A stretch of DNA of 64,000 nt, taken from a virus. Lineage: Duplodnaviria > Caudoviricetes. A program made the position numbers and the translations under genes. The stretch lies in the IMG/VR virus record IMGVR_UViG_3300032373_000001; one strand, written 5' to 3'. This document shows, piece by piece, positions 53,201-62,314 of the stretch; positions within the stretch are counted from its first letter, which is position 1, and each line of letters begins with the position of its first letter. The notes under the pieces were generated by a model that saw only the letters and a list, made by a program, of their open reading frames with translations, did no database searches and was not told where the DNA came from.

Positions 53201-55667
53201 CCGTCACCCCATCTTCTTGAAGCTCGATGCCGCACTCAGAAATCGTGTAGATACCAGCCTGAGCCCCCTCAGCTACGCGAAGGCGACTACCCGCCCCCAC
53301 GCCCGACGGAAGAGAACTGAATGGGACGCTGACCTGAGAAGAAGCCAGGGCTGTTGCTGTCGCCTTTGGACCGATCTCCCAACTGGCTTCGAGCTGAGGA
53401 TTCTCCGCGTCTACCAGGACCCCGACATGACGGAACCCGTTGACGACCAAGGCCCCAGCCAAGAAGAGGTGATTGCCGTTGTAGAATCCGAAGGCAACGC
53501 CCGTGAACACCCCATCTGCAGTATAGCTTTCAACCTGGAACCGGGCGAACTGGTTGATCTGGGCCGGCAGAGCCAGATCAAACTCCCGCCCGTAGACCGC
53601 TGCGGTCCCTGTGGAGTAGGTGCCGGAAGAGGCATCGATGACCCGATAAGTGCCGTCCCCTACCGACCCCCCAGCATCAACACCGCTCAAGGTCCAAGGG
53701 GTAGCGGCTTCGGAAGGGGTCGCCTGACCGTCGAAACTGCCGGACTGCTCCTCGGCCTGCGCGAGAATACCACCCTCAGCATAAGCATGAGGGTTCTTGT
53801 TCAAGAGCAGGGTCGTCGGCTGATTGAGGAGCGCCGAGTACTCCTTCTGGAAGCCGATGTAGCGATGGGCGACCTTCTTCGGGGAGCTGCGAACAGCAGT
53901 CGGGCCCAAGATAGACCGCATCGGGAACCTGGCAGTACTGACTGCCCCTGGGCCTGGAGGAGAGGTCTTGTACTGAGTCCCGACCGGATTCGCCCAAGAG
54001 TTGAGGACCAGCCCCGGAGTGTTGAGCCCCGCCATCGCAAAGGTCGGATTCGGGAACCAGATGTAATCGACCTCAACCGAGAAGGTCCCCGGCGCGGCTC
54101 GCGGGATCGGAAGCGCCGGGTAGATCTCCCCGACGTAGGGGTTGACCGACGAGATCTCGATCGGAGACCCGTCCAGGCGAACCTCAACATCACCCTCCGT
54201 GGCCGGGGTAGCGTCCCCCCAACCACGGACCAACGGGCCCCGCTTGGTCCGAATGCGGTCTACTGCCAGGACGCTGCTGCCCGCAAAGCTGGAATTCAAG
54301 CCGTGGATGAAGTTCCAGGTACTGGTAAACAGGGTCGAAGAGGCACTGACGTCAACCGCGACCAACTTGAACAAGCTCACCGCATGAGCAGTACTCAAGA
54401 CCACTGCAGTGCCCGCACTGTAACTGGGCACGCCGGTAGCGGAAGCTACCGGGAAGGAGATCAGCGGAGTACCGTCCAGCAGAACGGCATAGATCCCAGC
54501 CTGTTGGTTCCTGACCAGACTCACGGTGACGGCTGCGGTGCTCCAAGAGGCGGGTGCCTGAGTCGAATAGGCACCCGAAGTGATGCCGAGGACCTTGATC
54601 CCCGCAACATCTTCCAGGCGTAGGTCTACTTGAATGGCCCCATCACTGACGCTCAAGGTGGCCAGCGTCGAGTTGAACACGGCCGGGGTGATCGCCGCAG
54701 ACGTCACGTCTACTTGGAAGTCGGCACGGTAGCTGCTGCCGGCAACGATGCGCCCAGTGTCATCCTCCAACGCCCAGCCGTAGGCGACGCCTGATGCCTT
54801 GCTCAAAATCAGGCCAGCAGGGTCCGCTACCGAAGTCCCCGTGCCGATTTCCACAGCGGTCAGGTTCGGGTCTGCCGAGGGAAGGACGCTGCCCGAATAC
54901 TGATAGACGTCGCTGGGGCCGACCGTGAGATTGTAGGTCGCGGACGTCATCGGGTGAAGGTCGAACTGCACCCTGCTGAGGACCGACGCATCCTGAGACG
55001 GACTGGACAGGGTCGGCGCGACCGGATAGGAAGTCGCGACTTCGTAGGAAGTTGTCGAGCCCACCCCGGGAGTGAACTGGGCTTCGGTCAGGAGGTCCTG
55101 AGGGTCACCGTTGGAGTCCTGGAAATCCAGTTGAACAGTACGCCCGTCGTCCGGGACGGGGAGTGAGACCTGAACCGCAGTGGTATCTCCCAGCGCGTAG
55201 AACAGCTCTGCGCCAGCGGAGAGGACATTCCCTGCGATGTCGGTCAGGTTCGAAGCGGTCAGGGAGTACTGACCGCCGAGGGTCGTGCCAGAATGGGTCA
55301 CGACTACCGAGGTGTAGCCCCCCTGAGTGCCCGCCGTGCCTCCAACAACCGAAGATGCCGTGACGGCAACGCCACTCAGCGCGACGAAGACGTAGTTAGT
55401 CCCCAAGAAGAGGGCGGCGTTGCCTGCCAACTCCTCGCTGAAGAAGACCTCGACCCGGAAACCGTCCAAGGGAACAACGGAACTGATCTCCGGAGGAATG
55501 ACATCCAGAGACCCATACGAGCCGGTCCCATACGGGCCGCCACCATAGCCGCCCGAGGCGAAAGTGGTGGGGCGTGGGAGTGCGCCGCTTCCGTAGGGGG
55601 AATATCCGTAGCTTGCACCCCCGTAACCGAGGCCCCCGAAGGTGAGCCCTGGAAGGAAGACGGGCAT
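50286..55667 (-). CDS. Large baseplate/tail structural protein, 1793 aa
   Basis: YG-rich N-terminus, Ig/lectin-like beta sandwiches; AAGGAG RBS; AGGTA-N6-CTAT motif upstream. Confidence 0.65.
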   Translation of the reverse strand: MPVFLPGLTFGGLGYGGASYGYSPYGSGALPRPTTFASGGYGGGPYGTGSYGSLDVIPPEISSVVPLDGFRVEVFFSEELAGNAALFLGTNYVFVALSGVAVTASSVVGGTAGTQGGYTSVVVTHSGTTLGGQYSLTASNLTDIAGNVLSAGAELFYALGDTTAVQVSLPVPDDGRTVQLDFQDSNGDPQDLLTEAQFTPGVGSTTSYEVATSYPVAPTLSSPSQDASVLSRVQFDLHPMTSATYNLTVGPSDVYQYSGSVLPSADPNLTAVEIGTGTSVADPAGLILSKASGVAYGWALEDDTGRIVAGSSYRADFQVDVTSAAITPAVFNSTLATLSVSDGAIQVDLRLEDVAGIKVLGITSGAYSTQAPASWSTAAVTVSLVRNQQAGIYAVLLDGTPLISFPVASATGVPSYSAGTAVVLSTAHAVSLFKLVAVDVSASSTLFTSTWNFIHGLNSSFAGSSVLAVDRIRTKRGPLVRGWGDATPATEGDVEVRLDGSPIEISSVNPYVGEIYPALPIPRAAPGTFSVEVDYIWFPNPTFAMAGLNTPGLVLNSWANPVGTQYKTSPPGPGAVSTARFPMRSILGPTAVRSSPKKVAHRYIGFQKEYSALLNQPTTLLLNKNPHAYAEGGILAQAEEQSGSFDGQATPSEAATPWTLSGVDAGGSVGDGTYRVIDASSGTYSTGTAAVYGREFDLALPAQINQFARFQVESYTADGVFTGVAFGFYNGNHLFLAGALVVNGFRHVGVLVDAENPQLEASWEIGPKATATALASSQVSVPFSSLPSGVGAGSRLRVAEGAQAGIYTISECGIELQEDGVTVVIDLEPSLPADLDQVGATGFEVFFEVPWDENLVTLSALGEWPEGSIELTLSGEVGGTIATISEVAPYPAQTSLLLPEDKDGIAFWGSISRPAVSSSLWDITQYRARPEALLRLVRGLYVLTEMNVLPDQESTDSWYIRGGFGYSEVDSTGGQLVLKSTSGSGSLPLRFGYQRTEPYLNPKVITDLTADFRVESGYLGAGDVSIRLADTGREVELTTLLYTTSATGRALVADLPSASLSGLLTPLNDGWEAGSGTLPTVSVRGQVLDLTKTAAQNGEWCQELEAPATAEYEGVVSESRLLISSGTAGSVGLGPTFGCRVEVSSGTVREVVLGWKDSALILVDNSGAEIASISYAWDDGAYHTYRMSLDPVADSVVVVVDDAVLASEALSSFASQAGSPRAILGARGDGAATWSVESTSLIPLRPVALSGSTLGRTLGLRKRSGSASTLDGWVIPRSDSSTEPNSSLSAAPVEMDWRSYMQVRLLLDPIWGVTLYRPDLPSPATGLGRVTPATDLDAAWGWVEYSQLPVLPTSRGCVEFGAVDPEAISQSRWKSLRYRLRGDYDGYALAPQGMVLNRATTFRSGEFTRDVTPEVRTFTSRTSKTANLFDSAVLGDRIFNVQVDGSVLSSSAWSFEEPTQEISFSTALPGNRYPITVTFAPKRPETKEYLCSQPLEGSVTILNEGTPPVPKSRGEYTTTVLVNGSALNDPSTTLSDAEKLVLNDPYNVVEFQDGEDSLYAGVEYCEDEAGDSVHLSLACDELALLELDGSQYANEFTVEGGPAGIGARQGAVIRGSAVLFNQTSIFIPGGGTYGAGNSTAGGGEALTNNTSPTPVLYPNARGPGWEAPPTGPRFGYNQEALFVLEDVTPREDDFLLSSLMGDNVPPSSADPDTDPNPDGTPGTAGNGAAAYELVDDTSPYSRPGPWGQGVVDLSAQSLIGGGAPLDGTEFFPEGGAVLPKSITITTGTIEAAN

Positions 55668-55696
55668 CGAAGCTCCTTAGCTTAATGAGCTGACTG

Positions 55697-55711
55697 ATAG
55701 GGGCTCTACCT
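55697..55711 (-). promoter_or_regulatory. Putative late promoter AGGTAGAGCCCCTAT inside the inverted repeat CTGATAGG/CCTATCAG
   Basis: Matches GGTA-N6-CTAT; hairpin arms at 55694-55701 and 55709-55716. Confidence 0.5.
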
Positions 55712-55712
55712 A

Positions 55713-58625
55713 TCAGAGGGCCTCGAACACGAGGTCAAAGTAGATCCCTTCCCCGTTGAAGCTGACGCTGTCCGAAGTAAAAGCGATCGTCCAGCGCTCA
55801 CCATCCGCAAACTCCAAATCGCCGGAGACCCCTGTTAGGTCGACCGAAGTGACAGCGTCTGCGGTCAGGCTGTTCATGTCGTAGGGGGTGCTGAGGAGCA
55901 TGGTGTTCCCCGTCGCATTGTTGGTTAGGGCCATGGTGTAGTTGCCCGCCGTGTTCTTCGTGGCCATGTAGACCCGGAGCTTGGTTGCCCGGCAAGCCCC
56001 GAAGGCCCAACCCCTGTACTCCACAGTATCGTTGGCAACCTCGGGCACATCCCGGTGGTACGGGATGAGAAGACCACCGGAGGAAGAAACCACCTGGGAG
56101 GGGAGCGCATCGGACGCCCCCCTGTAGTAGAGGGCTCCTTGGGTCTCCCCGTTGGTACCATCCGAAACGTAGATGGCACCCTCCCCGGCAGCAGTCGCCG
56201 GGCGACCCGCCTCCGTGAAGATCATGCCGGTGGGGTCGATCAATCCTGGGACCGTCAGCTTGCCGGTGATGGCGTTGTAGATCAGCGGGTTGGCCCTGCT
56301 GGAGCCGATGGTGATCTCCCCATCCGCACTGACCTTCAGGTCAACCATGGAAGGCCACGTGCCAGCCACCATGCTCTGACCCGAGAAGGCGCCGAGGGCA
56401 GCATCCACCCCAGCTTCCGCATTCAAGAAGAACACCTCGGCGTTCGGACCCGAGGCAGTCGTCGTCAGTCGGAGCACTCCGCCGCCAGAGTCCGCTGCAG
56501 TGACTTCCCCTGTGGCATCGAACTTGGTGATCACGTCCCCGATGAGGTCGGCCGCATCTATCGAGATCTCGACAGCGCCCATCTCCGTAGCGAAGCGGAT
56601 AAGGCCCGTCACTCCCCCTACGAAGGCTCCAGCAGCCGTCAAGGTGGCAGCCGTTGCGTCCTCGACCCGAACAAGCTGGATGAGCCCTACGTTCCCGGCA
56701 GTGCTGCCTCCCGGGGCAACGTAGAGGCTCCCCCCATCGCCCCCGCCAGCATCAGTGCCGGTGCCGGCCTGCATGTAGACAGAAGAGGCCGTAACGGTGG
56801 GGTCCAGGGAATCCCCGCCCCGAAGAATGACGCGACCGACTTGCCCGCCCCCCGACGCCGAGCGAGTGCCGCCCCGCCAATTGTAGTTGTGTTGGGTGGG
56901 TGCTCCAGTGCTGTCAGCCAAGAACAGGGCAGAGCTCCCAAAGGCATTGTCGTTGGCCCAGATTTCCCGCCCCATCAAGAGAGAAGGCCCGTTCCCATAC
57001 GGGTTGGGATCCAAGGAGATCTCGGGCTTGTTGACGGCCCCCAGATAAAGGGAGGAGACCACCTCCAGCGACCCATTACCATTGGCTGCGGGGATCGGGT
57101 CGCTGGGGGAGGAAGCATCAACGATCTGAACGGGACCCGCCGATGCAACGATGGTCCGCCCAGAGCCCGTGATGCCAGGGTCCCCTCCGTTGTACGCATC
57201 GTCCAGCGTCAGCGTGGCGATGGCTGCCGTGTAGACCTCATCAAGTGCCTCTTGGACATCGGAGGAAGTGAGGCCGGAGGACGTGTTGTCGTAGAAGAGG
57301 GTCTTGCTTAGGACCTCGGACTCATAGGTCGCAGGAGCCCCCACCGGGAAGGTGACCGACGTGTAAACGCACGAACTCAGCTTGAGTTCATTGGTGCCCG
57401 TGCCAGTCGAATCGTAAGAGACAGTCCCCAGAGCGCTCCACCGAGCTTGAAGGATCTGATCCAAGGCAGCCGCGCTGGCTGAGGGGTTGACCGCAACGGT
57501 GCTGAGGGTTCCCCCGCTGAGTACTGCATGGTAAAGTTCAGCGGTGCCAGGGTCCACGCTCAGGGCATACTCGCCCGAAGAGGTGACCTCGCCTCCATAC
57601 ATGGTGAAGGAGCCGCTCGAGAGCAACATGCCCCGGAGCTCGATCCGGCAGTCCCTGAAGGTCGTGGTCGCCGACCCGCTCATCTGAACGCTGGTACTGG
57701 CTATCGAGGCTGCCGCGTTGCTCCGGAACGTACAGCGCCGTGCCTCGACCACTACGCTCCCGCTGACCGTCAGCGCAGGCCCTTGAGGGCTGGCAGCGCC
57801 TCCCGCCAAGACGTCGCAGTCTATCAGATAGAGGGAACCGCTGCCCGAGGCGTCGAGGACCCCACTGGCCGTGGCCGCCGTCTGCTCGAAGAAGATTCCC
57901 CGGACCAATAGGGAGTCCGCCAGGACTGGGACCGTCAGGAGGTGCGAAGAGACCGTATTGTTCCGGACCCGGACCAGACCCCCCTCCTCGTCCCCAGGCC
58001 AAGCCAAGAGGTGGACGTTGGGGAAGAACGTGAGGTCTTCCGTGTACAAGGCGGGGCGGGCCAGAACCACATACGGGTCCGAGGGCGTTGCCCCGGCAGC
58101 ATCCGCAGCGGCCATAGCAGACTGAAGGGTCTGGTAGTCCCCTTGCTCAGGGTCCACATACAGGACCTTGCCCGAAGCCTGGGCCGGACGAATCAGGCCC
58201 AGGATGCCCAGCAAGTTGCCATTCTGCTCGTCGGCCCAACCGGCCGCAGTGATGTCCACCGGCACGTTGACAGTATCGACACGCTCCCCTGCGGCGACCA
58301 GCTTCAGCGACCCGAGCTCCGTCAGCGCCCGGAGCCTCACGTACTGCTCCGTGGTGCCCGTGGCATCTGTAAACTCCAACCGAATGAGGTAGGAGCCCTC
58401 CTCGTCTACCGTGAAATCCCCTGGACTCTGGGCCGTGGAACTGCCGCTGAACGCAGCGGCGCTCCCTTCTGGCTTGTATGCGATGATCCAGGAGTACGCG
58501 GTGCCCACGTTGACCGAGGTGAGCTGGACCACATCGTTGACCTCAAGGTCATCCCGACTGGCATCCGTGACCGAAGCCTTCGGAACAGGAGCGGTGACCT
58601 CACTCTGGATAGAAGCGGTTGCCAT
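55713..58625 (-). CDS. Tail fibre/spike-like protein, 970 aa (PKD-like N-domain, beta-helix, fibre motifs)
   Basis: VLYVDPEQGDYQTLQSAM beta-helix cap; SSDVQEALDE fibre motif; AGGAG RBS. Confidence 0.75.
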   Translation of the reverse strand: MATASIQSEVTAPVPKASVTDASRDDLEVNDVVQLTSVNVGTAYSWIIAYKPEGSAAAFSGSSTAQSPGDFTVDEEGSYLIRLEFTDATGTTEQYVRLRALTELGSLKLVAAGERVDTVNVPVDITAAGWADEQNGNLLGILGLIRPAQASGKVLYVDPEQGDYQTLQSAMAAADAAGATPSDPYVVLARPALYTEDLTFFPNVHLLAWPGDEEGGLVRVRNNTVSSHLLTVPVLADSLLVRGIFFEQTAATASGVLDASGSGSLYLIDCDVLAGGAASPQGPALTVSGSVVVEARRCTFRSNAAASIASTSVQMSGSATTTFRDCRIELRGMLLSSGSFTMYGGEVTSSGEYALSVDPGTAELYHAVLSGGTLSTVAVNPSASAAALDQILQARWSALGTVSYDSTGTGTNELKLSSCVYTSVTFPVGAPATYESEVLSKTLFYDNTSSGLTSSDVQEALDEVYTAAIATLTLDDAYNGGDPGITGSGRTIVASAGPVQIVDASSPSDPIPAANGNGSLEVVSSLYLGAVNKPEISLDPNPYGNGPSLLMGREIWANDNAFGSSALFLADSTGAPTQHNYNWRGGTRSASGGGQVGRVILRGGDSLDPTVTASSVYMQAGTGTDAGGGDGGSLYVAPGGSTAGNVGLIQLVRVEDATAATLTAAGAFVGGVTGLIRFATEMGAVEISIDAADLIGDVITKFDATGEVTAADSGGGVLRLTTTASGPNAEVFFLNAEAGVDAALGAFSGQSMVAGTWPSMVDLKVSADGEITIGSSRANPLIYNAITGKLTVPGLIDPTGMIFTEAGRPATAAGEGAIYVSDGTNGETQGALYYRGASDALPSQVVSSSGGLLIPYHRDVPEVANDTVEYRGWAFGACRATKLRVYMATKNTAGNYTMALTNNATGNTMLLSTPYDMNSLTADAVTSVDLTGVSGDLEFADGERWTIAFTSDSVSFNGEGIYFDLVFEAL

Positions 58626-58636
58626 CTATGATCTCC

Positions 58637-59377
58637 TCAAGGGGTCTGGGTTCCGATGTAGTTGCTGGACCCCAAGTGGATCAACCGGAACACGGTATAG
58701 GCCAACGCACCCGCCGCCGGACTGCCCGAACCGCCCGCCCAAGCGACGGACACAGGCCACGTGAGGCTATGACCACCGACCCCATCCTGCTGAAACACAA
58801 CACGCACTTCCGCCCCGTCCGGAGGGTCAGTGAAGGTGAAGGTGGTGTTGCCTGTGGCTTGGTAGGAATAGGTGAAGGCTGTGGCCCAGTTGATCGCTTT
58901 GGAGCCGGAGCCGGAGCCGGAGCCGGACGCCAAGAGTCCGTTGGCCCTGCGGGTCAAGGTCTCAAGGGTGAGCAAGTTGCCGTTCTGCTCATGAGCCCAG
59001 CCCACGGGATCGATGTCTACCGGGATGACACCTTCAGCGTCCCTTCGCTCACCGCCCGCAACCAGCTTCAGCCCTTCGTCCGTCAACGCGCGGAGGCGGA
59101 CATACTGAGTGGCCTCGGTGCCCAGGCCCGCATCGACCACGAGCCGGACCAGGTAGGAGCCGACCAGGTCCGCCACAAAGCTGCCAGGCGAGAGCGCGGT
59201 GGGGTCTCCGCTGAACGTGGCCGCACTGCCTTCCGGAACATAGACCAGGGTCCAGGCATAAGTGGTGGCGGAGTCCAAAGAAGAAACCGTGACGGTGTCC
59301 GTCGCGACCAAATCATCCCGGCTCTGCTCGTCGATGGGAGTAATGCCGTTGCGTAGACTTTGAATCCGAGCGGCCAT
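58637..59377 (-). CDS. Short tail-fibre-like protein, 246 aa, sharing its N-terminal domain with the 970-aa protein
   Basis: YAW...PEGSAA.FSG...GSYL.RL...QYVRLRALT...PVDI...GWA.EQNGNL in both proteins; C-terminal INW...GNTTFTF...QQDGVGGHSLTWP fibre-tip module. Confidence 0.75.
   Translation of the reverse strand: MAARIQSLRNGITPIDEQSRDDLVATDTVTVSSLDSATTYAWTLVYVPEGSAATFSGDPTALSPGSFVADLVGSYLVRLVVDAGLGTEATQYVRLRALTDEGLKLVAGGERRDAEGVIPVDIDPVGWAHEQNGNLLTLETLTRRANGLLASGSGSGSGSKAINWATAFTYSYQATGNTTFTFTDPPDGAEVRVVFQQDGVGGHSLTWPVSVAWAGGSGSPAAGALAYTVFRLIHLGSSNYIGTQTP
58901..58924. repeat. (GGAGCC)x4 tandem repeat encoding a Gly-Ser linker
   Basis: Separates the N-terminal and C-terminal domains of the 246-aa protein. 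Confidence 0.85.
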
Positions 59378-59409
59378 GGGGAAGAGTGCCTCCTGAAGTC
59401 AGGTCAAGA

Positions 59410-59424
59410 ATAGCCCTTCGACCG
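59410..59424 (-). promoter_or_regulatory. Putative late promoter CGGTCGAAGGGCTAT
   Basis: CGGTN-N6-CTAT at the head of the tail-fibre operon. Confidence 0.55.
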
Positions 59425-59454
59425 GAGGGGTACTCTTCCTCGGAAGGGAGCCCC

Positions 59455-59850
59455 ATGAGTCTCGCATACGAAGTCTTGAGTGCCCAGCTGGAAGACCCTC
59501 GGAACCTGCTTGTTTTGATCCGGGAACTCCGCCGCCGCAAAGCCAATGACATGAAGTTCCTCATTGGACCCTTCAAGACCAAGTCCGGCCAGTGGGTGTA
59601 CCCGCTGCTTCGAGACTACATGGCTCAGACGCCCCCTTACAAAAGTGTCGAGGACATTTCCTTCACCTACTATATTCTCGACGACGGCGACGGGTTTTGG
59701 GTAATCAACTCCAGCGGGGAAGAGATGGGGCCGTTTGACGCGCCCCAGAAAGCCATGGAAGAGGTCAAGACGTTGGCTCGTTCGAACGGCTACACCATCG
59801 TGCAAGAAGCAGCATGGGACGGGGACGACATCAAGAACTTCCCCCTCTGA
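59455..59850 (+). CDS. Hypothetical protein, 131 aa
   Basis: GGGAG RBS before ATG at 59455. Confidence 0.7.
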   Translation: MSLAYEVLSAQLEDPRNLLVLIRELRRRKANDMKFLIGPFKTKSGQWVYPLLRDYMAQTPPYKSVEDISFTYYILDDGDGFWVINSSGEEMGPFDAPQKAMEEVKTLARSNGYTIVQEAAWDGDDIKNFPL

Positions 59851-59923
59851 CAGAGGACTTGGAGTTGAGCTTGGGGGCCGTAATGAGACCTGCACCCAAG
59901 CTCGACCAAAGGGAAGCCGCTAA

Positions 59924-61033
59924 ATGTCAGACCACACGATGTATGGAGCACAGCTCGACGCAGGCAAGACGTCGGAGACGCTGAGCCACCTGTTCCGCAA
60001 CAACCACGAGGCCCTGGAGAAGGGCCGGAAGGCGACCCCGGTGTGCATTTGGGGGACTCACGGCATCGGCAAGACCATGCTCGTCGAGGAGTACGCCAAG
60101 GAGCAGGGCTGGCAGTTTGCCTACGTCGCCCCCGCACAGTTCGAAGAGATGGGGGACTTGAACGGCCTGCCCGTCCTCGAAGAGAAAGAGGACGGCACCA
60201 AGACGACCAACTTCGCACCCCCGGACTGGGTCCCCACCGCCGAGGGGCCGGGCATCCTGCTGCTCGACGACGTGAACCGCGCCGACGACCGCATCCTCCG
60301 CGGCCTGATGCAGCTGCTCCAGAACGGGGAGCTGTTCAGCTGGGCGCTGCCCGACAAGTGGCAGATCGTCTGCACCGCCAACCCCGAAGGTGGCGACTAC
60401 TCCGTCACGCCGATGGACGACGCGATGCTGACCCGGATGCTGCACATCTCGATGGTGTTCGACGAGAAGCCCTGGGCCAAGTGGGCCAGCCGGAACGACG
60501 TCGACGAGCGGGGAATCGCCTTCGTGCTCACCTACCCGGAGTCGGTCACGGGACGGCGCACCACGCCCCGCTCCCTCACGCAGTTCTTCCAGCAGATCAG
60601 CAGCATCGAGAACCTGAAGGAGGAGGCCGACCTGGTGTACACGCTGGGGATGTCTTCGCTCGACGAGGTGACGGTCAGCACCTTCATGGCCTTCGTCAAC
60701 GACAACCTCCAGCAGCTCATCAACCCCGAGGACATCCTCAACGCCCCCGACTTCAGCGTCGTCGCGCGCCGCATCGAGGACCTGTCGGAGGGAGGTAAGC
60801 GGATGGACCACCTCTCGACCATCTGCACCCGGCTGCACTTGCACCTGACCCACCCCAGCTTCAAGCCCAAGGAGGCCCACCGGGAGAACCTGGTGTCGTT
60901 CCTGATGCACGAGTCCCTGCCGACCGACCTCCGCGTCAGCCTGCACCGGGACCTGGTGCGGGACGCCAGCGATGAGGTGCGGGTGATGATGCGGGACCGC
61001 CGCCTCGCAAAGCTGATGCTCGCGGGCATGTAG
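59924..61033 (+). CDS. MoxR-like AAA+ ATPase, 369 aa
   Basis: Walker A GTHGIGKT, DLNGLP, Walker B ILLLDDVNRA, sensor TANP. Confidence 0.92.
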   Translation: MSDHTMYGAQLDAGKTSETLSHLFRNNHEALEKGRKATPVCIWGTHGIGKTMLVEEYAKEQGWQFAYVAPAQFEEMGDLNGLPVLEEKEDGTKTTNFAPPDWVPTAEGPGILLLDDVNRADDRILRGLMQLLQNGELFSWALPDKWQIVCTANPEGGDYSVTPMDDAMLTRMLHISMVFDEKPWAKWASRNDVDERGIAFVLTYPESVTGRRTTPRSLTQFFQQISSIENLKEEADLVYTLGMSSLDEVTVSTFMAFVNDNLQQLINPEDILNAPDFSVVARRIEDLSEGGKRMDHLSTICTRLHLHLTHPSFKPKEAHRENLVSFLMHESLPTDLRVSLHRDLVRDASDEVRVMMRDRRLAKLMLAGM

Positions 61034-61042
61034 GAGAACAAA

Positions 61043-62314
61043 GTGCAAGACAACCGACGACACGCCTGGGAAGAACTGGCGCGCTGCATCAACCAGCTGA
61101 TCCTCAAGGAGCCGTTCTACGGCCACCTGCTGGGCAGCGTCATCCGGGACATCAACCCAGCCACGCCGACGATGGCGGTAGGGGCACGCGGAGCACAGAT
61201 CGTACTGCAAGTCAACCCTGACTTCCTGATGCAGCTCAAGTTCTCCCGCGACCCCGGCAAGTGCGAACGGACGGCTGTCATCAAGCATGAAGTGCTGCAC
61301 CTCATGTTCAAGCACGTCTTCCGGATGGGCAACCGGAACCACCGCCTGTTCAACTTGGCGGCAGACATCGTCGTCAACCAGTTCGTGAAGCCGTGGCGTC
61401 TGCCCGAGGGTGGGGTGACCCTGGACACCTTCCCGGACCTGAACCTCAAGCCCGACAAGAGCCTCGACTACTACTACAACAAGCTCGACGAGCTGCGCCA
61501 GAACCCCCAGTCCGCGCCCCAGAGCGCGGAGGCCCTGAGGCAGATGGGCGGCATGGGGGGCGAAGGGGAGGAGGACGCGCAAGGCGACCCCAGCGGGGAA
61601 GGCTGCGGGGGCCAAGGAGGGAAGGGTCGCGGGGACCACCGCCTGTGGGGCGAAGCCGAGGGCCTGGAACAGCAGGTCGCCGACTCGATCCTCGACCGCC
61701 TCATCGTCCAGGCCAAGGACCGCGCCGGACAGTCCGGTTGGGGGCCGCTGCCGAACCGGATCAAGGAGCTGATCCAGGCTGCCATCGAGCGGCGCAAACC
61801 CAAGCTCGACTGGCGCCGGGTGATACGGCTGTTCGCAGCGTCCAGCCGCAAGACCCGCGTGGTCAACACCATCCGGCGGCGCAGCAAGCGCTACGGCACC
61901 TACCCCGGCATCCGGGTTCAGCGCTTCCAGAAGATGGCCGTCGCCATCGACACCTCGGGGTCGGTCAACGACCGAGAGCTGGCAGACTTCTTCGGCGAAA
62001 TCCACGGCATCTGGAAGCAGGGGGCTGAGATCACCATCATCGAGTGCGATGCGGCAGTCCAACGTACCTACCAGTACACGGGGAAGCTGCCCGATGCCGT
62101 CGCGGGCCGGGGAGGCACTGCCTTCAACCCGGTGTTCGAGTACCTCAACGACAACCGCATGGTCCGCTACGACGGCTGCATCTACCTCACCGATGGCGGG
62201 GCTCCTGCCCCGACCATCAAGCCGCCGTGCCCTCTGCTGTGGGTCGTGACGTCAGACGGACATGCAGGGGAACACCTTCAGTTCGGTCGGGTCCTCCAGC
62301 TGCCTGCGGGTTGA
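61043..62314 (+). CDS. DUF2201-type metallopeptidase plus vWA-like protein, 423 aa
   Basis: HEVLH (HExxH), NLAAD..VN, and C-terminal AIDTSGS, GRGGT, YLTDG motifs. Confidence 0.92.
   Translation: MQDNRRHAWEELARCINQLILKEPFYGHLLGSVIRDINPATPTMAVGARGAQIVLQVNPDFLMQLKFSRDPGKCERTAVIKHEVLHLMFKHVFRMGNRNHRLFNLAADIVVNQFVKPWRLPEGGVTLDTFPDLNLKPDKSLDYYYNKLDELRQNPQSAPQSAEALRQMGGMGGEGEEDAQGDPSGEGCGGQGGKGRGDHRLWGEAEGLEQQVADSILDRLIVQAKDRAGQSGWGPLPNRIKELIQAAIERRKPKLDWRRVIRLFAASSRKTRVVNTIRRRSKRYGTYPGIRVQRFQKMAVAIDTSGSVNDRELADFFGEIHGIWKQGAEITIIECDAAVQRTYQYTGKLPDAVAGRGGTAFNPVFEYLNDNRMVRYDGCIYLTDGGAPAPTIKPPCPLLWVVTSDGHAGEHLQFGRVLQLPAG

Noticed and set aside
59927-62062. 711-aa minus-strand ORF over the MoxR/vWA genes (and the 464-aa ORF at 38786-40180)
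   Set aside because: Shadow frames of genes with clear catalytic motifs on the other strand
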